Program-made: the position numbers and the translations under genes | Shown: piece after piece, positions 62,839 to 64,000 of the stretch | Layout: each line of letters begins with the position of its first letter | Numbering within the stretch: the stretch's first letter is position 1 | NCBI GenBank assembly: GCA_038204425.1 | Contig: JBBRCZ010000001.1 | Location: forward strand, 384,001 to 448,000 | Length of the DNA stretch: 64,000 nt | DNA from: Spirochaetia bacterium | GTDB lineage: Bacteria; Spirochaetota; Spirochaetia; DSM-27196; Salinispiraceae | Direction: 5' to 3' | Notes under the pieces: model-generated | Told to the model about the DNA's origin: nothing | Seen by the model: the letters and a program-made list of their open reading frames with translations, nothing else | Databases searched by the model: none

Positions 62839-63717
62839 TTAACGTGGAGCGTTGCCTGGGTCGAGATATTTACCATTCTTCCAGACGCTAAAATAGACTC
62901 TTGGTTCTTTAAGTCCTGGAGTGATGCCAACCTTACCGATTTCGTCTCCGATGTGAATCAGCTGTCCCTTGGAGATGCTCGAAGAGTCGTTGCCACCGTA
63001 GATATAGTTGAATCCAAGCGAGTTCTGAACAATTACCACGTGTCCCAAGCTGCTGTGCGGTCCAGAATAACTTACGCGTCCTTCGTTGACCGACCTAACA
63101 CTTTGACCAACTGTCGCTTTGATCAAAACGCCTGGTAGTTTGCCACCCATGGTAAAGCGCTCACCTTCTGTTGGCCAGCTAACATTCTGCTTGCCCCTGT
63201 AGTCATTCAAATCTAAAGAGGTACCAGTTACTGACATAATCGTCGTACTTGTAACTGATGCAATAGCTTGGGTACTTGAGCTCTGAGGGATCTTTATTGA
63301 TTGGCCAATTCTCAAAACCGACCGAGTGTTGGTGCCATTGACTTGAGTTAACGTTTCTACCGAAAGGTTATGCTGACGAGCTATCCCATACCAAGTATCT
63401 CCCCTGACAATCCGATAATCTTTGGTTCCAATAATTGTGGCTTGAGCGCCAACCGTTGTTGAGCTAGTTGATCCAACGGAACTGGAGTGTGCTTGACTTG
63501 GAATTTTTAACAACTGCCCTATTCTTATTTTTGACGGGTCTATTGGGCTGTTGTATTCTTGTAGAGCTTTGACGTCAATATTGAATCTGCGCGCGATGGA
63601 ATAGAACGTGTCCCCTGCGAGTATTCGGTAGTTTTGATCTTGCGCAGGGACTAATTGCGCCAGTGATAAGAAAATCAATAAAAGTGCGGTAAACCTTACT
63701 TTGTCGCTTAAAAGCAT
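62839..63717 (-). CDS. LysM x2 + degenerate M23 protein (NlpD-like)
   Basis: Two LysM repeats (GDTFYSIAR, GDTWYGIAR) and an M23 fold lacking HxxxD/HxH; AAGGAG SD before ATG 63717. Confidence 0.85.
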   Translation of the reverse strand: MLLSDKVRFTALLLIFLSLAQLVPAQDQNYRILAGDTFYSIARRFNIDVKALQEYNSPIDPSKIRIGQLLKIPSQAHSSSVGSTSSTTVGAQATIIGTKDYRIVRGDTWYGIARQHNLSVETLTQVNGTNTRSVLRIGQSIKIPQSSSTQAIASVTSTTIMSVTGTSLDLNDYRGKQNVSWPTEGERFTMGGKLPGVLIKATVGQSVRSVNEGRVSYSGPHSSLGHVVIVQNSLGFNYIYGGNDSSSISKGQLIHIGDEIGKVGITPGLKEPRVYFSVWKNGKYLDPGNAPR

Positions 63718-63783
63718 GCATTGCTCCTTGCATTCCATGCTGCCTAGGCGGATAGATGCCTGATGTGCTAACAGCTCTTATAG

Positions 63784-63811
63784 GTATCGGCACTTATCTA
63801 GGCTAGTTTGA
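63784..63811 (-). promoter_or_regulatory. sigma28 (FliA)-like promoter
   Basis: TCAA-N16-GCCGATAC upstream of the LysM gene. Confidence 0.55.
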
Positions 63812-63818
63812 GCTTGGC

Positions 63819-63998
63819 TTAGTGTGCAGAACTTAGTTTTGACAAAAAATCTGCTTCTAAGTGAGCCGGTCTGTAGGTTTTTGCGTTCGATTGACCACAA
63901 GCGATGCCGAGTTCTACCGCTAGAATTATTCTTTGGGCAGGCGATTCTTGGTTAATTTTGTTTGAACTTTGTTGCGCAGTAAGCCCGACTGCATCATG
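63819..63998 (-). CDS. C-terminal fragment of a CDS running off the window, possibly a PfkB-family kinase
   Basis: Open frame ...LAVELGIACGQSNAKTYRPAHL...SAH* resembles the PfkB C-terminal A-C-G-x-x-N-A helix. Confidence 0.4.
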   Translation of the reverse strand, partial: HDAVGLTAQQSSNKINQESPAQRIILAVELGIACGQSNAKTYRPAHLEADFLSKLSSAH

Positions 63999-64000
63999 CA

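Noticed and set aside
1..64000. tRNA, rRNA, tmRNA or known riboswitch
   Set aside because: Intergenic gaps are short and none showed a cloverleaf or known aptamer by eye; an Infernal/tRNAscan run would be needed to exclude them.

Overview
About 64 kb of a compact bacterial chromosome, most likely a member of the Spirochaetia. That assignment is an inference from the class I LysRS, FabV, the murD/femX/metG neighbourhood, potABCD, spirochaete-type lipoboxes and a second sigma70-family factor. The window holds about 55 CDS, mostly housekeeping: a GldAFG-like ABC system, rnz, fabV, a hisD variant, folC, NFACT/RqcH, murD, femX, metG, trhO, lysS, glnS, potABCD, hslO, a RluA-family synthase, slyD, argH, KtrAB and TrkAH, an M16C peptidase, menA-like and pduO-like genes, and an NlpD-like gene before an RpoS-like sigma. 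I saw no tRNA, rRNA, CRISPR array, prophage or intact mobile element. One collapsed IS3-family relic borders a small accessory block (EEP enzyme; kinase, REC, REC-adenylate cyclase; an unannotated 49-aa membrane ORF). The most notable signals are: (i) recurring leaderless-type promoters, including at all three aminoacyl-tRNA synthetase genes; (ii) fur and mnmD starting head-to-head in one ATGCAT palindrome; (iii) a degenerate MEMO protein next to a membrane pseudokinase-like protein; (iv) a monocistronic AT-hook/SH3-like small protein; (v) a small protein resembling an isolated HK97 A-domain; and (vi) a sigma28-like promoter ahead of the NlpD-like/RpoS-like pair. All family calls come from motif recognition by eye; no database searches were run, and no novel system is demonstrated.
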